From: Thermoplasmatales archaeon | GTDB lineage: Archaea; Thermoplasmatota; E2; DHVEG-1 | Length of the DNA stretch: 64,000 bases | Assembly: GCA_020341795.1 (NCBI GenBank) | Contig: CP070836.1 | Span: 1,535,613-1,599,612 of the forward strand | Reading direction: 5' to 3' | In this document: piece after piece, positions 18,727 through 28,619 of the stretch | Numbering within the stretch: position 1 is the stretch's first letter | How the letters are laid out: each line of letters begins with the position of its first letter | The notes under the pieces: generated by a model | What the model was told of the DNA's origin: nothing | Database searches by the model: none | Seen by the model: the letters and a program-made list of their open reading frames with translations, nothing else | Position numbers and translations under genes: made by a program

Positions 18727-19913
18727 TTATATAACCAATTAAATAGAAGACGTTTCCATATATTAAAATTTTTTATAATTTGGTCATTAAACAAATTTTC
18801 TATATATTGCTGAATTTTTATGTTTTTAGAAGTGCTTACAGTTAAAGGATCAGACCAGAAACTTTCGAAACCATTTTCATCTATTGCTTTAACCATTATT
18901 TTAAAAGTTCCTTTATCCTCCCATAAATGATTTATTTCTATTTTTTCACTAGATTTATAATAATCAGTCCATTCATCTGGTTTATAATCACCATTCCAAT
19001 CCCAAACATATTTTATCATGTCACCATCGTAATCTGAGGATGATGTTGTATATTCATATTCTGAATCTAATTGAATTTTTGTTTTACCCTCTGGTTTTGC
19101 TGGTTTATATGGCTGTTCACCAGATGACAATCTTGCTGCTACTGTACAATCAGCAAATCCAGTATCTTTTGAATAAACTGATGCAACTACTAAATAGTTA
19201 GGCGCATTAAAACTATAACAACCTGGTACAACTGGATGATACAATAATTGATCTTTATAATATCCAAGCGGAGATGTATCGATAGATAAATTTATATCTG
19301 CAGCAAAATCTTCAAAAACAAAATCATAAGGTCTACCAGCTGGATTTTCACAATCAGTAACTATTCTAGCAAAATATATAAGTAAACGTCCTTCGTATTC
19401 AAAATTTCCTAAGTTTAAAACATCAATATTTATAACAATTTCAGGATAACAGGGAGAAGAACTCCAGATACAATCAAGATATATCTCAATATCATGTTTA
19501 TCTCTAGAGTTACTTAAAGATACTGCATTTTCATATATATCTCGATTTTGAAATCCCTGATCAATATTTACAAAACCGCCATCAAAAGTTAAAGTAGGAT
19601 AGTTTGATACATCCATTTCTTGTGCTCTGATTTGAACCTTTTCACTTAATTCATCAATCATTGTGATATAATAAAAATCAGATTCTTCAAGCTGGGAATA
19701 TGGATAAACTTCAGAGTAAAATCGATATAGTTGTTCTGATACAATTGATGAATCAGAGTTTTCGAAATTGGTAAAAAATTCAACAATAACCGCTGAATTT
19801 TTTAATTTTGAAAACTCAATTTTTTCTCCAGAGATATTAATTGGAGATATTAGCATAATACTTATATAAAAAAGTATTATTGCTAATTTTAATTTTATCA
19901 TATTTATACCCAT
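18723..19913 (-). CDS. Secreted protein with C-terminal PKD domain (paralogous C-terminus to upstream gene)
   Basis: Signal/TM N-terminus and a PKD motif YVWDWNGDYKPDEW. The C-terminal about 90 aa align with the C-terminus of 17221..18726. Confidence 0.55.
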   Translation of the reverse strand: MGINMIKLKLAIILFYISIMLISPINISGEKIEFSKLKNSAVIVEFFTNFENSDSSIVSEQLYRFYSEVYPYSQLEESDFYYITMIDELSEKVQIRAQEMDVSNYPTLTFDGGFVNIDQGFQNRDIYENAVSLSNSRDKHDIEIYLDCIWSSSPCYPEIVINIDVLNLGNFEYEGRLLIYFARIVTDCENPAGRPYDFVFEDFAADINLSIDTSPLGYYKDQLLYHPVVPGCYSFNAPNYLVVASVYSKDTGFADCTVAARLSSGEQPYKPAKPEGKTKIQLDSEYEYTTSSSDYDGDMIKYVWDWNGDYKPDEWTDYYKSSEKIEINHLWEDKGTFKIMVKAIDENGFESFWSDPLTVSTSKNIKIQQYIENLFNDQIIKNFNIWKRLLFNWLYK

Positions 19914-20752
19914 TCTTCATTTAAAATGTCGCCTTTAATACCAACAACTATTGATTTCACTGGTATCTTTCGATTAGCTTTTTCTATTGCTTGTTTAGCA
20001 AGAGATAAAAGACCATTACAACATGGAACTTCCATTGTCATAACTGTTAATGTATTAATTTTTGCATCATCTATCATATTTACCAGTTTATCAAGGTATA
20101 TGTCAATATTTGAATCAAGCTTTGGACATGCAATAGAAATACTTCTTCCTTTAAGGTAGTCTTTATGAAAATCTCCAATTGAGTAACCAACACAATCAGC
20201 GACTAATATTACATCTTTATTTTGAAAGTAAGGTGCATTTGGAGGAACAAGATGCAGCTGAATAGGCCATTGTCTAAGCTGAGATGAACGAGTTCCTGAT
20301 TCTTCTATTTTAGTACTTTCCTTTTCTGAAAAATCCATCACTTTTGAACCAGGGCATCCGCATGGTAATTTTTCTTCAATATCACATGGTTTTTTTTCTA
20401 TGTTTACTTCTATATCTTTTTCCTTAAGAAATTCTAATGCTTCGTTTAAATATCCTGTTTCACCATGGTCTTTTAGATGATTAAGATGAGCAATTATTGT
20501 GTTTTCTCCACATTTTACAATATTTTCCATTGTTTTTTTCTCATCATATGGTTCTGCTTCTCTTTCCACTGTTTTCATCGCATCCTGTGGACATTCACCA
20601 ACACATGCCCCAAGTCCATCACAAAAAATATCACTAATAAGTCTTGCTTTTCCATCGATTACTTGCAATGCTCCTTCTGGACAATTAGGGATGCATGCTC
20701 CACAACCATTGCATTTCTCTTCATCAATTTCAATAATTTTTCTTTTTGTCAT
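19904..20752 (-). CDS. 4Fe-4S dicluster ferredoxin-domain protein with C-terminal Cys-rich domain of unknown function
   Basis: CNGCGACIPNCP and CDGLGACVGECP motifs. The C-terminus carries CGCPG, ADCVGY, IACP and VPCCNG. It lies immediately upstream of hcp. Confidence 0.6.
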   Translation of the reverse strand: MTKRKIIEIDEEKCNGCGACIPNCPEGALQVIDGKARLISDIFCDGLGACVGECPQDAMKTVEREAEPYDEKKTMENIVKCGENTIIAHLNHLKDHGETGYLNEALEFLKEKDIEVNIEKKPCDIEEKLPCGCPGSKVMDFSEKESTKIEESGTRSSQLRQWPIQLHLVPPNAPYFQNKDVILVADCVGYSIGDFHKDYLKGRSISIACPKLDSNIDIYLDKLVNMIDDAKINTLTVMTMEVPCCNGLLSLAKQAIEKANRKIPVKSIVVGIKGDILNEEWV

Positions 20753-20761
20753 AATATCAAC

Positions 20762-22384
20762 TTATACAACTATTTCTAATGCTGAAAGATCTTCTTCAAC
20801 TTTTGAATTGGGTCTTATATTGAATTTTTCAACCAAAACATTTAACACATTTGGTGAGATAAATGCTGGAAGAACTGGGCCAAGTATAATGTTTTTTACA
20901 CCAAGTGACAAAAGCGTAAGTAATACCAGGACTGCTTTTTGTTCATACCAAGCAATGTTAAAAGATATTGGGAGTTCATTTAAACTGACTCCAAATACTT
21001 CTGCAAGTTTCTGTGCAATAACAACAAGAGAGTAGGAATCATTACATTGACCTGCATCTATTACCCTTGGGATTCCATCTATATTGCCAAGTTCAAGTTT
21101 GTTATAACGGTATTTAGCACAACCCGCGGTAAGAATTACTGTATCATTTGGAAGAGCCTTTGCAAATTCTGTATAATATTCCCTTTGTTTATGTCTGCCA
21201 TCACATCCAGCCATTACTACAAATCGTTTTATTATACCATCTTTTACAGCGTCTACAATTTTATCTGCAACTCCTAATGCTGAATTATGTGCAAAACCAA
21301 TGATTATTTCACCATTTTCGATTTTTTCTGGAGGTGAACATTTTTTTGCATGTTCAATAATTTCTAAGAAATTTTTTGATTCTCCTTTTTTTCTATTTGG
21401 GATATATTTTATACCTTCAAATCCTACTACACCAGTTGTATAAACCCTGTCCTTATATGAGTCCTTTGGGGGGACTAAACAATTCGTCGTTAGTAAAATA
21501 GGTCCATTGAATTTTTCAAAATCATCTTTTTGCTCCCACCATGAACTACCATAATTTCCGACAAGATTTTTATATTTCTTGAATGCAGGATATGCATTAG
21601 CAGGGAGCATCTCACCATGTGTATAAACATCAATCCCAGTCCCTTGAGTTTGTTCAAGTAACTCTTCTAAATCTTTCAAATCATGCCCGCTAATTAGAAT
21701 TCCGGGATTGTTTCTTACACTTAGGTTTACACTAGTTGGTTCAGGATTGCCATACACAGAAGTGTTTGCTTTATCTAATAAAGCCATAGTTTTAACACCC
21801 ATTTCTCCACATCTCATGTTAAGATTAACTAACTCATCAATAGATAACTCCTGTGTTGTGGCTACTAATGCTTCTTGGATGAAATTAGATATATCTTTAT
21901 CTTTTTCTCCTAGTACATATGCATGATGATAATAAGCAGCCATTCCTTTTACTCCAAAAGTTAGCATTTCCCTAAGGGACCTGATATCTTCATTTTTGGT
22001 AGTTAATATTCCTACTTCTTTTGATTTTTTTATTATATCTTCATCATTTTTTGGTGTCCATATTACAGAATCATGACTGCCTTTGACTGAATTTTGTTTT
22101 CTAAGTTTATCTCTCAGTTTTAATGCATCATGAATTTTTCCCATGAAATATTGTTTATCAAAATTTGCATTTGTTATAGTTGAAAACAAACCATCCATAA
22201 TGAATTCATCAACTTCTTCATCATAGTTACCAGTCTCTCTTGTTTTCGAATTGCAAATAGATATTCCCTTGATTAGATATCTTAACATATCCTGTAAATC
22301 TGCAACTTCACCTTTTTTTCCACAAACACCAATATTTGTACAACCTTCTCCTTTTGCTGTTTCTTCACATTGATAACAAAACAT
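20762..22384 (-). CDS. hcp: Hybrid cluster protein / hydroxylamine reductase
   Basis: Signature N-terminus [24 protein letters not shown]. 540 aa, with C-terminal hybrid-cluster Cys/His/Glu ligands (GCDGRHK, CAKYRYN). Confidence 0.95.
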   Translation of the reverse strand: MFCYQCEETAKGEGCTNIGVCGKKGEVADLQDMLRYLIKGISICNSKTRETGNYDEEVDEFIMDGLFSTITNANFDKQYFMGKIHDALKLRDKLRKQNSVKGSHDSVIWTPKNDEDIIKKSKEVGILTTKNEDIRSLREMLTFGVKGMAAYYHHAYVLGEKDKDISNFIQEALVATTQELSIDELVNLNMRCGEMGVKTMALLDKANTSVYGNPEPTSVNLSVRNNPGILISGHDLKDLEELLEQTQGTGIDVYTHGEMLPANAYPAFKKYKNLVGNYGSSWWEQKDDFEKFNGPILLTTNCLVPPKDSYKDRVYTTGVVGFEGIKYIPNRKKGESKNFLEIIEHAKKCSPPEKIENGEIIIGFAHNSALGVADKIVDAVKDGIIKRFVVMAGCDGRHKQREYYTEFAKALPNDTVILTAGCAKYRYNKLELGNIDGIPRVIDAGQCNDSYSLVVIAQKLAEVFGVSLNELPISFNIAWYEQKAVLVLLTLLSLGVKNIILGPVLPAFISPNVLNVLVEKFNIRPNSKVEEDLSALEIVV

Positions 22385-22446
22385 TTTTCAAATTTCCCCT
22401 TTATTTATTTTTTGTTAAAAACATATGTATCTATACTGTTAATTTA

Positions 22447-22824
22447 TTAGGATTTCCATAAACCATGAATATTACAATATTCTCGTGCTTCAATTTTATC
22501 AGCATTAATTTCAAAGAAAGCTTGTGGTTTATCACCTGGTTTTAAAAACTGTCTATATGATTTGCCATCTGCAAATATTTGAATCCATTCAATATAGTGT
22601 TTTTCTTCCATTGGATGATCTTGGTTTTGACCAACTTTTACAAGTATTCCATCACTTGTTTTTTCGATATATGGTACATGTTTTTCAACACTAGAATCTT
22701 CTGTTTTTTCATCCATTAGTTTCATTTCTTCTCCACAACATACTAATGCTCCTACTCCTTCATGTAGAACTTCAACTATATTTCCACATATTTCACACTT
22801 ATAAATTCCTTTAAATTTTGCCAT
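22447..22824 (-). CDS. dfx: Desulfoferrodoxin (2Fe superoxide reductase)
   Basis: N-terminal desulforedoxin domain ([12 protein letters not shown]...LVCCGEEM) and a C-terminal SOR centre ([25 protein letters not shown]). Confidence 0.9.
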   Translation of the reverse strand: MAKFKGIYKCEICGNIVEVLHEGVGALVCCGEEMKLMDEKTEDSSVEKHVPYIEKTSDGILVKVGQNQDHPMEEKHYIEWIQIFADGKSYRQFLKPGDKPQAFFEINADKIEAREYCNIHGLWKS

Positions 22825-22843
22825 TTTTTATACCTCCAAATTT

Positions 22844-23221
22844 TTATTTTTTCTTCTTCTTTTTATAATCCTCAATTGCAGCATGAAGAGCATCAGCTGC
22901 AAGATTACTACAATGCATTTTTTGAGGCGGGAGTCCATCAAGTTCATTTGCCACATCATTTCGTGTGATTTTTAATGCTTCATCTATATTTTTCCCAATA
23001 GCAAGTTCAGTAACCATTGAACTTGTCGCAATTGCAGATCCACATCCAAATGTTTTAAACTTGATATCTTTAATAATATCATCTTCTACTTTGATATACA
23101 TCTCCATAAGATCTCCACATACTGGATTTCCTACTTTTCCATAACCATCTGGATTTTCTATTACTCCTACATTTCTTGGTTTTGTAAAATGATCCATTAC
23201 TTTCTTACTATATACCGGCAT
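22844..23221 (-). CDS. iscU: Fe-S cluster assembly scaffold IscU/NifU-like
   Basis: GNPVCGDLMEM, FKTFGCGSAIATSS and HCSNLAADAL conserved cysteines. Confidence 0.9.
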   Translation of the reverse strand: MPVYSKKVMDHFTKPRNVGVIENPDGYGKVGNPVCGDLMEMYIKVEDDIIKDIKFKTFGCGSAIATSSMVTELAIGKNIDEALKITRNDVANELDGLPPQKMHCSNLAADALHAAIEDYKKKKKK

Positions 23222-23231
23222 TTTTTCACCT

Positions 23232-24395
23232 CTATTTAATCAATGGAGAAAGCTGTCTTAATCTTTTAACAGTCTCCTTAGTTGCTTTAACTATTTTTGG
23301 TACTTGACTTAATTTATTCGTATGTCCTAAGGTCATTACCATCGAGCCATGTGCTTCCTCATGTTTTAATCCAATTGCTAGCAAAACATGTGATGGCTCA
23401 AGTGTTTTTGATGAACATGCAGAACCAGTAGCTATCTGAATTCCATACATATCCATATTTAAAAGAATGCTTTCACCTTCAATATGACTGAACCGAAAAC
23501 TTGCATGATGAGGAAGACGGTTAGTTGGATGCCCTGTTAAATAAGCTTCATCTATTTTATAAATTTCAGAAATTAGGGAGTCTCTTATCCTTTGAAGCCT
23601 TTTACTTTCATTTTTCATTTCTTTTTTAGCAATTTTCGCAGCTTCTCCCATACCCACAATTGAAAATACGTTTTCAGTACCAGACCGTAATCCTCTTTCT
23701 TGACCACCACCTGGATTTACAGATTGAATTTTTACTCCAGGTTTTATATAAAGGGCACCTGCTCCTTTTGGCCCATATAAATCATTTGAGGAAATTGTTA
23801 GCAAATCTATTTCTTCTGCTTGAACGTCAATTGGTATTTTTCCTGCTGATGCAGTTGCATCCACATGTAAATATTTACCCTTTTTATGGATGATTTCACT
23901 AATTTGTTTTATTGGCTCAATTGTTCCAATTTCATTATTTGCATACATTACTGATGTTAGAATCGTATCATTTGAAATTTTTTTATTCAGTATATCAATA
24001 TTAACTACTCCATATTTATCAACAGGTATTGTTTCAAATATCCATCCATTTTTTTGAAGATGTTTCATTGGATTAATTACAGATATATGTTCAATTGCAC
24101 TTGATAGTAATTTTTTTCCATCTTTTATATTTCTTTGTGCCACCCCACGTATAGCTATATTATTTGACTCAGTTGCACTTCCTGTAAATATAATTGTTTT
24201 TTCAGATTCTGCATTAATAAATTCAGCTATTTTTTTTCTTGCTGTTTCAATTGCGTTTTTTGCATCTTGACCAAATTCATAAAGGGATGATGGATTGCCC
24301 ACATCAGCTAAATAAGGTTTTGAATATTCTAACACCCTTGAATCAATCGGGGATGATGATGCATGATCAAGATATATTCTTTCCATTAAAACCAC
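23232..24395 (-). CDS. iscS: Cysteine desulfurase (IscS/NifS)
   Basis: Class V aminotransferase. It has the PLP lysine region (SSNDLYGPKGAGAL) and the active Cys loop (ATGSACSS). Confidence 0.9.
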   Translation of the reverse strand: MVLMERIYLDHASSSPIDSRVLEYSKPYLADVGNPSSLYEFGQDAKNAIETARKKIAEFINAESEKTIIFTGSATESNNIAIRGVAQRNIKDGKKLLSSAIEHISVINPMKHLQKNGWIFETIPVDKYGVVNIDILNKKISNDTILTSVMYANNEIGTIEPIKQISEIIHKKGKYLHVDATASAGKIPIDVQAEEIDLLTISSNDLYGPKGAGALYIKPGVKIQSVNPGGGQERGLRSGTENVFSIVGMGEAAKIAKKEMKNESKRLQRIRDSLISEIYKIDEAYLTGHPTNRLPHHASFRFSHIEGESILLNMDMYGIQIATGSACSSKTLEPSHVLLAIGLKHEEAHGSMVMTLGHTNKLSQVPKIVKATKETVKRLRQLSPLIK

Positions 24396-24742
24396 ATTGT
24401 AGTATTAGATTCCAAAGCTAAATCATTCAGTGTTGCAGCTCCTACAATTTTCACACCAGGAATTAATTCTACTTTTTCCCATCCTAGCATTTGTTTTGAT
24501 GCTTCACACACATAGACATCTATTCCCATATCTATGGTTTTTTGTAACATTTCTGCTACACTTGGAAAACTTCCAAGTTGTATTTTTTCAGCTTCCCCTG
24601 GTTTTAATATTTTTAATGCTGTCCCTAAATAATATACAATAGGTTTTACGTCCATCATCTTAGCAGTTTGTGCTAATACCAATGGGGAATATTGTTTCTC
24701 AGGAGCATCTGTTGTTAGAACATATAATATAGTTTTAGTCAT
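24386..24742 (-). CDS. DsrE/DsrF-like sulfur-relay family protein
   Basis: 118 aa with the DsrE-family pattern, including the conserved Cys in VYVCEAS. Confidence 0.6.
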   Translation of the reverse strand: MTKTILYVLTTDAPEKQYSPLVLAQTAKMMDVKPIVYYLGTALKILKPGEAEKIQLGSFPSVAEMLQKTIDMGIDVYVCEASKQMLGWEKVELIPGVKIVGAATLNDLALESNTTMWF

Positions 24743-24756
24743 TTTTCCCTCTTCTT

Positions 24757-24942
24757 TTAATTCTTTTTCTTAATATAGAAGGTTAAAATTGTACCTTCTT
24801 TTTCAAATCCTAAAATCTCATGACCTGTATGTTTTGCCCATCGTTTGATGTCCTCTTCAGCAGCAGGGTCATCTGCTTCAACTTTTAGTATTTGACCAAT
24901 TTCTAATTTATCAATTTCTTCTTTCGTCATAGCAATAGGCAT
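24757..24942 (-). CDS. TusA-like sulfurtransferase (annotated from the only ATG; conserved CPxP lies upstream, see findings)
   Basis: C-terminal TusA pattern (LKVEADDPAAEEDIKRWAKHTGHEI). In-frame upstream codons encode KELDCVGYFCPMP, which is the LDxRGxxCPxP motif. Confidence 0.6.
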   Translation of the reverse strand: MPIAMTKEEIDKLEIGQILKVEADDPAAEEDIKRWAKHTGHEILGFEKEGTILTFYIKKKN

Positions 24943-24995
24943 AGGACAGAAGTACCCAACACAGTCTAATTCTTTGTCAAATTGTTTTTCCTTGT

Positions 24996-25514
24996 TCAGA
25001 AGTTCTGTCCCCCAAGATAGTCAAACTCAAACCAGTAACCTGTTGAATTTATATGATTGAATTCATTTTCAAGAAGTAAATAATGGTTTTTTTCTTGATC
25101 AACAATTTCATCAATAACATTTTTTACATCTTTGTCTTCAATTTTTTCTTTAATTTTATCATAATATTCAATTGCTTCTTTTTCACTATCCATAGCCATT
25201 CTAAGTGCATCGAGCTCTGTGCTATCTGCATCAATACCTGGTGCGTCTTTTAGATCTGTTGGAAATATTGGAATTTTTGCATATTTCTTACTTGATTCAA
25301 CTAGATTCTTCCATTCTGTTTGACTTACTTTGTTTTCAAACATTTTTTGAAAAACATCAAGATGTCGTTGTTCATCACTTGCTAAACTTTGAAATATTGA
25401 GCGCCCCATATCGCTATTTGTTTGAGCTGCTGCTTTCATATAAAAAGAGTATCCATCTTTCTCCATTTGTATTGCAGTTAAAATAGCAGCTTTTACATTT
25501 TCAATATCGGTCAT
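24996..25514 (-). CDS. Rubrerythrin-like ferritin-family diiron protein
   Basis: Two ExxH-type helices (EKDGYSFY...DEQRHLDVF and EKEAIEYY...QEKNHY). The start was chosen at MTDIEN with a GAGGA RBS. Confidence 0.6.
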   Translation of the reverse strand: MTDIENVKAAILTAIQMEKDGYSFYMKAAAQTNSDMGRSIFQSLASDEQRHLDVFQKMFENKVSQTEWKNLVESSKKYAKIPIFPTDLKDAPGIDADSTELDALRMAMDSEKEAIEYYDKIKEKIEDKDVKNVIDEIVDQEKNHYLLLENEFNHINSTGYWFEFDYLGGQNF

Positions 25515-25533
25515 ATTAATTTCCTCTATATTA

Positions 25534-26136
25534 TTAGTATGGTTCAGTCCAAACTTCGTAATAGCTTTGTTTATGCTGACATGCTGGACATACATCAGGT
25601 GCTTCTAATCCCTGATGAACATATCCACAGTTTCGACATTTCCATTTTGTTTGTTTATCTTTTTTAAAGACTTTTCCATCTTTGACATTTTCAAGCAGTT
25701 TGCGATATCTTTTTTCATGATATGCTTCTACCTCTGCTATTTTTTTGAAACTATGCGAAACCATTGGAAATTTTTCTTTTTCTGCTGTTTCTGCAAAATC
25801 AGGGTAAAGTGCTCCCCATTCCATTTTTTCACCTTCTGCGGCAGCAAGTAGATTTTGTTCAGTTGTACCTATTACACCCCCAGGATATGCAGCTTGTATT
25901 TCTACTTCTTCACCCTGTAGATGTTTAAAAAAAACTTCTGCATGTTCTTTTTCATTATCAGCGGTTTCTTGAAAAATCGCTGCTATTTGTTCATATTCTT
26001 CTTTTTTTGCTTTTGATGCATAAAAAGAGTATCTGTTTCTTGCTTGTGATTCTCCCGCAAATGCTGCTAGAAGATTTTTTTCAGTTTGTGTTCCATTTAA
26101 ATTTTTCATTTTATTCATCTCCATTTCTAATTCCAT
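25534..26136 (-). CDS. rbr: Rubrerythrin
   Basis: EKNLLAAFAGESQARNRY diiron domain plus a C-terminal rubredoxin-like CRNCGYVH...CPAC. Confidence 0.9.
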   Translation of the reverse strand: MELEMEMNKMKNLNGTQTEKNLLAAFAGESQARNRYSFYASKAKKEEYEQIAAIFQETADNEKEHAEVFFKHLQGEEVEIQAAYPGGVIGTTEQNLLAAAEGEKMEWGALYPDFAETAEKEKFPMVSHSFKKIAEVEAYHEKRYRKLLENVKDGKVFKKDKQTKWKCRNCGYVHQGLEAPDVCPACQHKQSYYEVWTEPY

Positions 26137-26155
26137 TAACTAATCCTCCCAATTT

Positions 26156-26647
26156 TTAAGGTCCTGCATGAACCATAGGCCAGTAAACATCATCTTCTTC
26201 ATATCTTTCCATACTATTTTTTTCCATTTCAAGTATTTTATAATGTCCAATCTCCATATCAGCAAAGTAAAAAAGTGTATTATGAATCTTTGAGCCTTCT
26301 TCGAATCTTTCTGCAAGGTTTTTATAAAACTCATTTGTATTTTGTTCTGCGATCATTGCTTCTTTTAAAAGTAAACTTAAAGAGCTGTCATCAGTTATAT
26401 TAATTTCAGGTAAAGGAACAGGTGATTTATCAGGAATTACTAGTTTTTTATCTGGATAGTGATTTACGTACATTTCTTCAATAAAATTTCTATGTTTTTC
26501 TTCTTCTTTTGCAAGAAATTCAAGTTTATCTTTTAAAAGTCCGTTTTTTGTTTTTTTACTCATTTTGGTATATAGCTTATTACTTTCTATTTCACTTTTT
26601 ATAGCTGCTAGTAATAAATCTTCAAGGTCATAGTGTCCTAAATTCAA
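26156..26647 (-). CDS. Rubrerythrin/ferritin-like diiron protein (no rubredoxin domain)
   Basis: Paired ExxH helices (EEEKHRNFIEEMY; EIGHYKILEMEKN). Confidence 0.55.
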   Translation of the reverse strand: MNLGHYDLEDLLLAAIKSEIESNKLYTKMSKKTKNGLLKDKLEFLAKEEEKHRNFIEEMYVNHYPDKKLVIPDKSPVPLPEINITDDSSLSLLLKEAMIAEQNTNEFYKNLAERFEEGSKIHNTLFYFADMEIGHYKILEMEKNSMERYEEDDVYWPMVHAGP

Positions 26648-26687
26648 GATTATTCCTCCTCTAATTTATCCTCAATATTTTTCATTT

Positions 26688-27224
26688 CTAACTTGTATCC
26701 TTTTTGTGAAGATCTAGATGGTCAGTTTCAATTTCAACAAGGGCTCCAAAAAATTCTTTAAGTCTTGGTTCTATTGCTTCATCTCTAAATTTTGAATAAG
26801 CCTTTATCGCTCGATCCTCTCTTTCATATCCTTCTTTGCTATTTGCTTTTGAATTTTCGCTACATATTTGTTTTTCTAGTTCTGGTAGTGATATTTTAAG
26901 AAATTTTGATATTGCTGAAGCATGTTCTCGTTCTACCTTCATAAGTGCTTTGAATTTTGCCAGTCCATAATGATCATCTGCTTTATCAGCCATATTTTTT
27001 GCACAATCATAAAACGCTGCATTATCAAGCTCAAGTTGAAGTGCTGCTTCAAGGTTTTTTTGAGTGATTTTACTTAAATCCACGTTAAATTCATCAGGAT
27101 TCCAATCTTTTGCTTCAACAAAAAATCGTGTTGGTGCTCCACAGAACGGACATTGTGTTGGTGCTTCATCTCCTAAATATGGATCTCCACATATTCTACA
27201 TCTGAATACTTTTATTTTTGACAT
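26688..27224 (-). CDS. Reverse rubrerythrin (N-terminal rubredoxin-like domain, C-terminal diiron domain)
   Basis: FRCRICGDPYLGDEAPTQCPFCGAP, then a ferritin-like EAALQLELDNAAFY...MKVEREHA. The start is at MSKIKV with an AGGAG RBS. Confidence 0.8.
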   Translation of the reverse strand: MSKIKVFRCRICGDPYLGDEAPTQCPFCGAPTRFFVEAKDWNPDEFNVDLSKITQKNLEAALQLELDNAAFYDCAKNMADKADDHYGLAKFKALMKVEREHASAISKFLKISLPELEKQICSENSKANSKEGYEREDRAIKAYSKFRDEAIEPRLKEFFGALVEIETDHLDLHKKDTS

Positions 27225-27422
27225 ATATTCCTGCTCCTTTTTCACATTTACATAATATTTTACTTTATTCTTTTCATTGGTATGCCACAGCAATATGGTG
27301 TTGATTCTGGTTCTTTATCAAACTCAATTATACCACAGCTACACTCTTCATCTTCACATTGACATTCATATTGTACAGGTTTATCACTTACTTTACAACC
27401 ACAACTTTCACACATTTTTTTT

Positions 27423-28619
27423 CTACCTCCCTAATTTTTTTAAATAATTACCTATTTTTTTTCCAATATCTTTTACCTTTATTAATTCTTCCTCATCTGG
27501 AATATAATTCAGATTTATGCTATCAAAGGGCATATCCCAAGACAAGTCCTTTATTATTTTTTCAATTTCTCCTACAGCTTGACCTCCCCAACCATATGAA
27601 CCAAATACAAATCCTATTCGATTACGTGGTTGAAGACCTTTTAAATAAGTTAAAAATCCGCCCATTGAAGGCATCATTCCATTGTTTAGTGTTGGTGAAC
27701 CTAGAAGTATTAGTTTAGAATCTTGAACTTCTGTAATAATATCTGATATATTTGAACTACTTAGATTTCTCATTGTAACTTTTATACCTGTTTCTGTTAG
27801 ACCTTCTTGAAGAGAGCATGCAATTTTTTCAGTTGAACCCCACATTGAGTCATATATTATCAATGCTTTTTTTTCTGCTGTATAGGTTGCCCATTTTTTG
27901 TATTCTTTTAGGATTTTTGGAATATGTGACCGCCAGATAACACCATGGCTTGGTGCTATCATATCTATATCGAGTTTTAATACTACTTTTAATGCATTTA
28001 CTACCTGATCTCCATATGGCATTACAATATTTCCATAATATTTCGCCGCCTCCTCACGAAGTATACCCCAGTCGATTTCATCATCAAATCTTTCATCACT
28101 TGCAATATGTTGACCAAAGGCATCATTTGGAATAAGAAGTTTATCATTTGGAATATATGTAACCATTGAATCAGGCCAATGAACCATTGGTATATGTACA
28201 AAATGAAGTGTTCGTTTTCCAATATTAAGAGTTTCACCAGATTTTACTACTTGAAAATCTATGTCTTTTTTATAATGACGAAGTAGTCCTTTTTCACCAC
28301 GCGTTGAAGTTATAATTTTTACATTTGGTGCATATTTCAAAATTTTAGGAATTGAACCTGAGTGATCCATTTCGACATGATTGGAGACTATATACTCTAT
28401 TTTTTTAGGATTAACAATTGCTTTTATTCTAGAAAGCATTTCATCAAATAGATAGTGTTTTACTGTATCAATTAATGTTATCTTTTTATCTATTATTAAA
28501 TAGGCGTTATATGTAGTCCCTCGGTTAGTGCTATAACCATGAAAATTTCTTAATTTCCAATCAATACCACCGACCCAGTAGATATCCGGTTTGATCTTGA
28601 TCTTATTCAGCTTAATCAC
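27423..28619 (-). CDS. fprA: Flavodiiron protein (FprA / rubredoxin:oxygen or NO reductase)
   Basis: Metallo-beta-lactamase-like diiron motif HVEMDHSGS plus a C-terminal flavodoxin domain ([15 protein letters not shown]). Confidence 0.9.
   Translation of the reverse strand: MIKLNKIKIKPDIYWVGGIDWKLRNFHGYSTNRGTTYNAYLIIDKKITLIDTVKHYLFDEMLSRIKAIVNPKKIEYIVSNHVEMDHSGSIPKILKYAPNVKIITSTRGEKGLLRHYKKDIDFQVVKSGETLNIGKRTLHFVHIPMVHWPDSMVTYIPNDKLLIPNDAFGQHIASDERFDDEIDWGILREEAAKYYGNIVMPYGDQVVNALKVVLKLDIDMIAPSHGVIWRSHIPKILKEYKKWATYTAEKKALIIYDSMWGSTEKIACSLQEGLTETGIKVTMRNLSSSNISDIITEVQDSKLILLGSPTLNNGMMPSMGGFLTYLKGLQPRNRIGFVFGSYGWGGQAVGEIEKIIKDLSWDMPFDSINLNYIPDEEELIKVKDIGKKIGNYLKKLGR

Noticed and set aside
20477-21035. 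Plus-strand ORFs 20477..20779 and 20499..21035 overlapping the 4Fe-4S gene and hcp
   Set aside because: They are antisense to genes with unmistakable motifs (ferredoxin, Hcp N-terminus). Their translations are S/F/I-rich, typical of the reverse strand of coding DNA.
26140-26334. 64-aa ORF 26140..26334(-) overlapping the 3' part of the ferritin-like gene 26156..26647
   Set aside because: It is an out-of-frame overlap with a motif-supported gene. Likely spurious.
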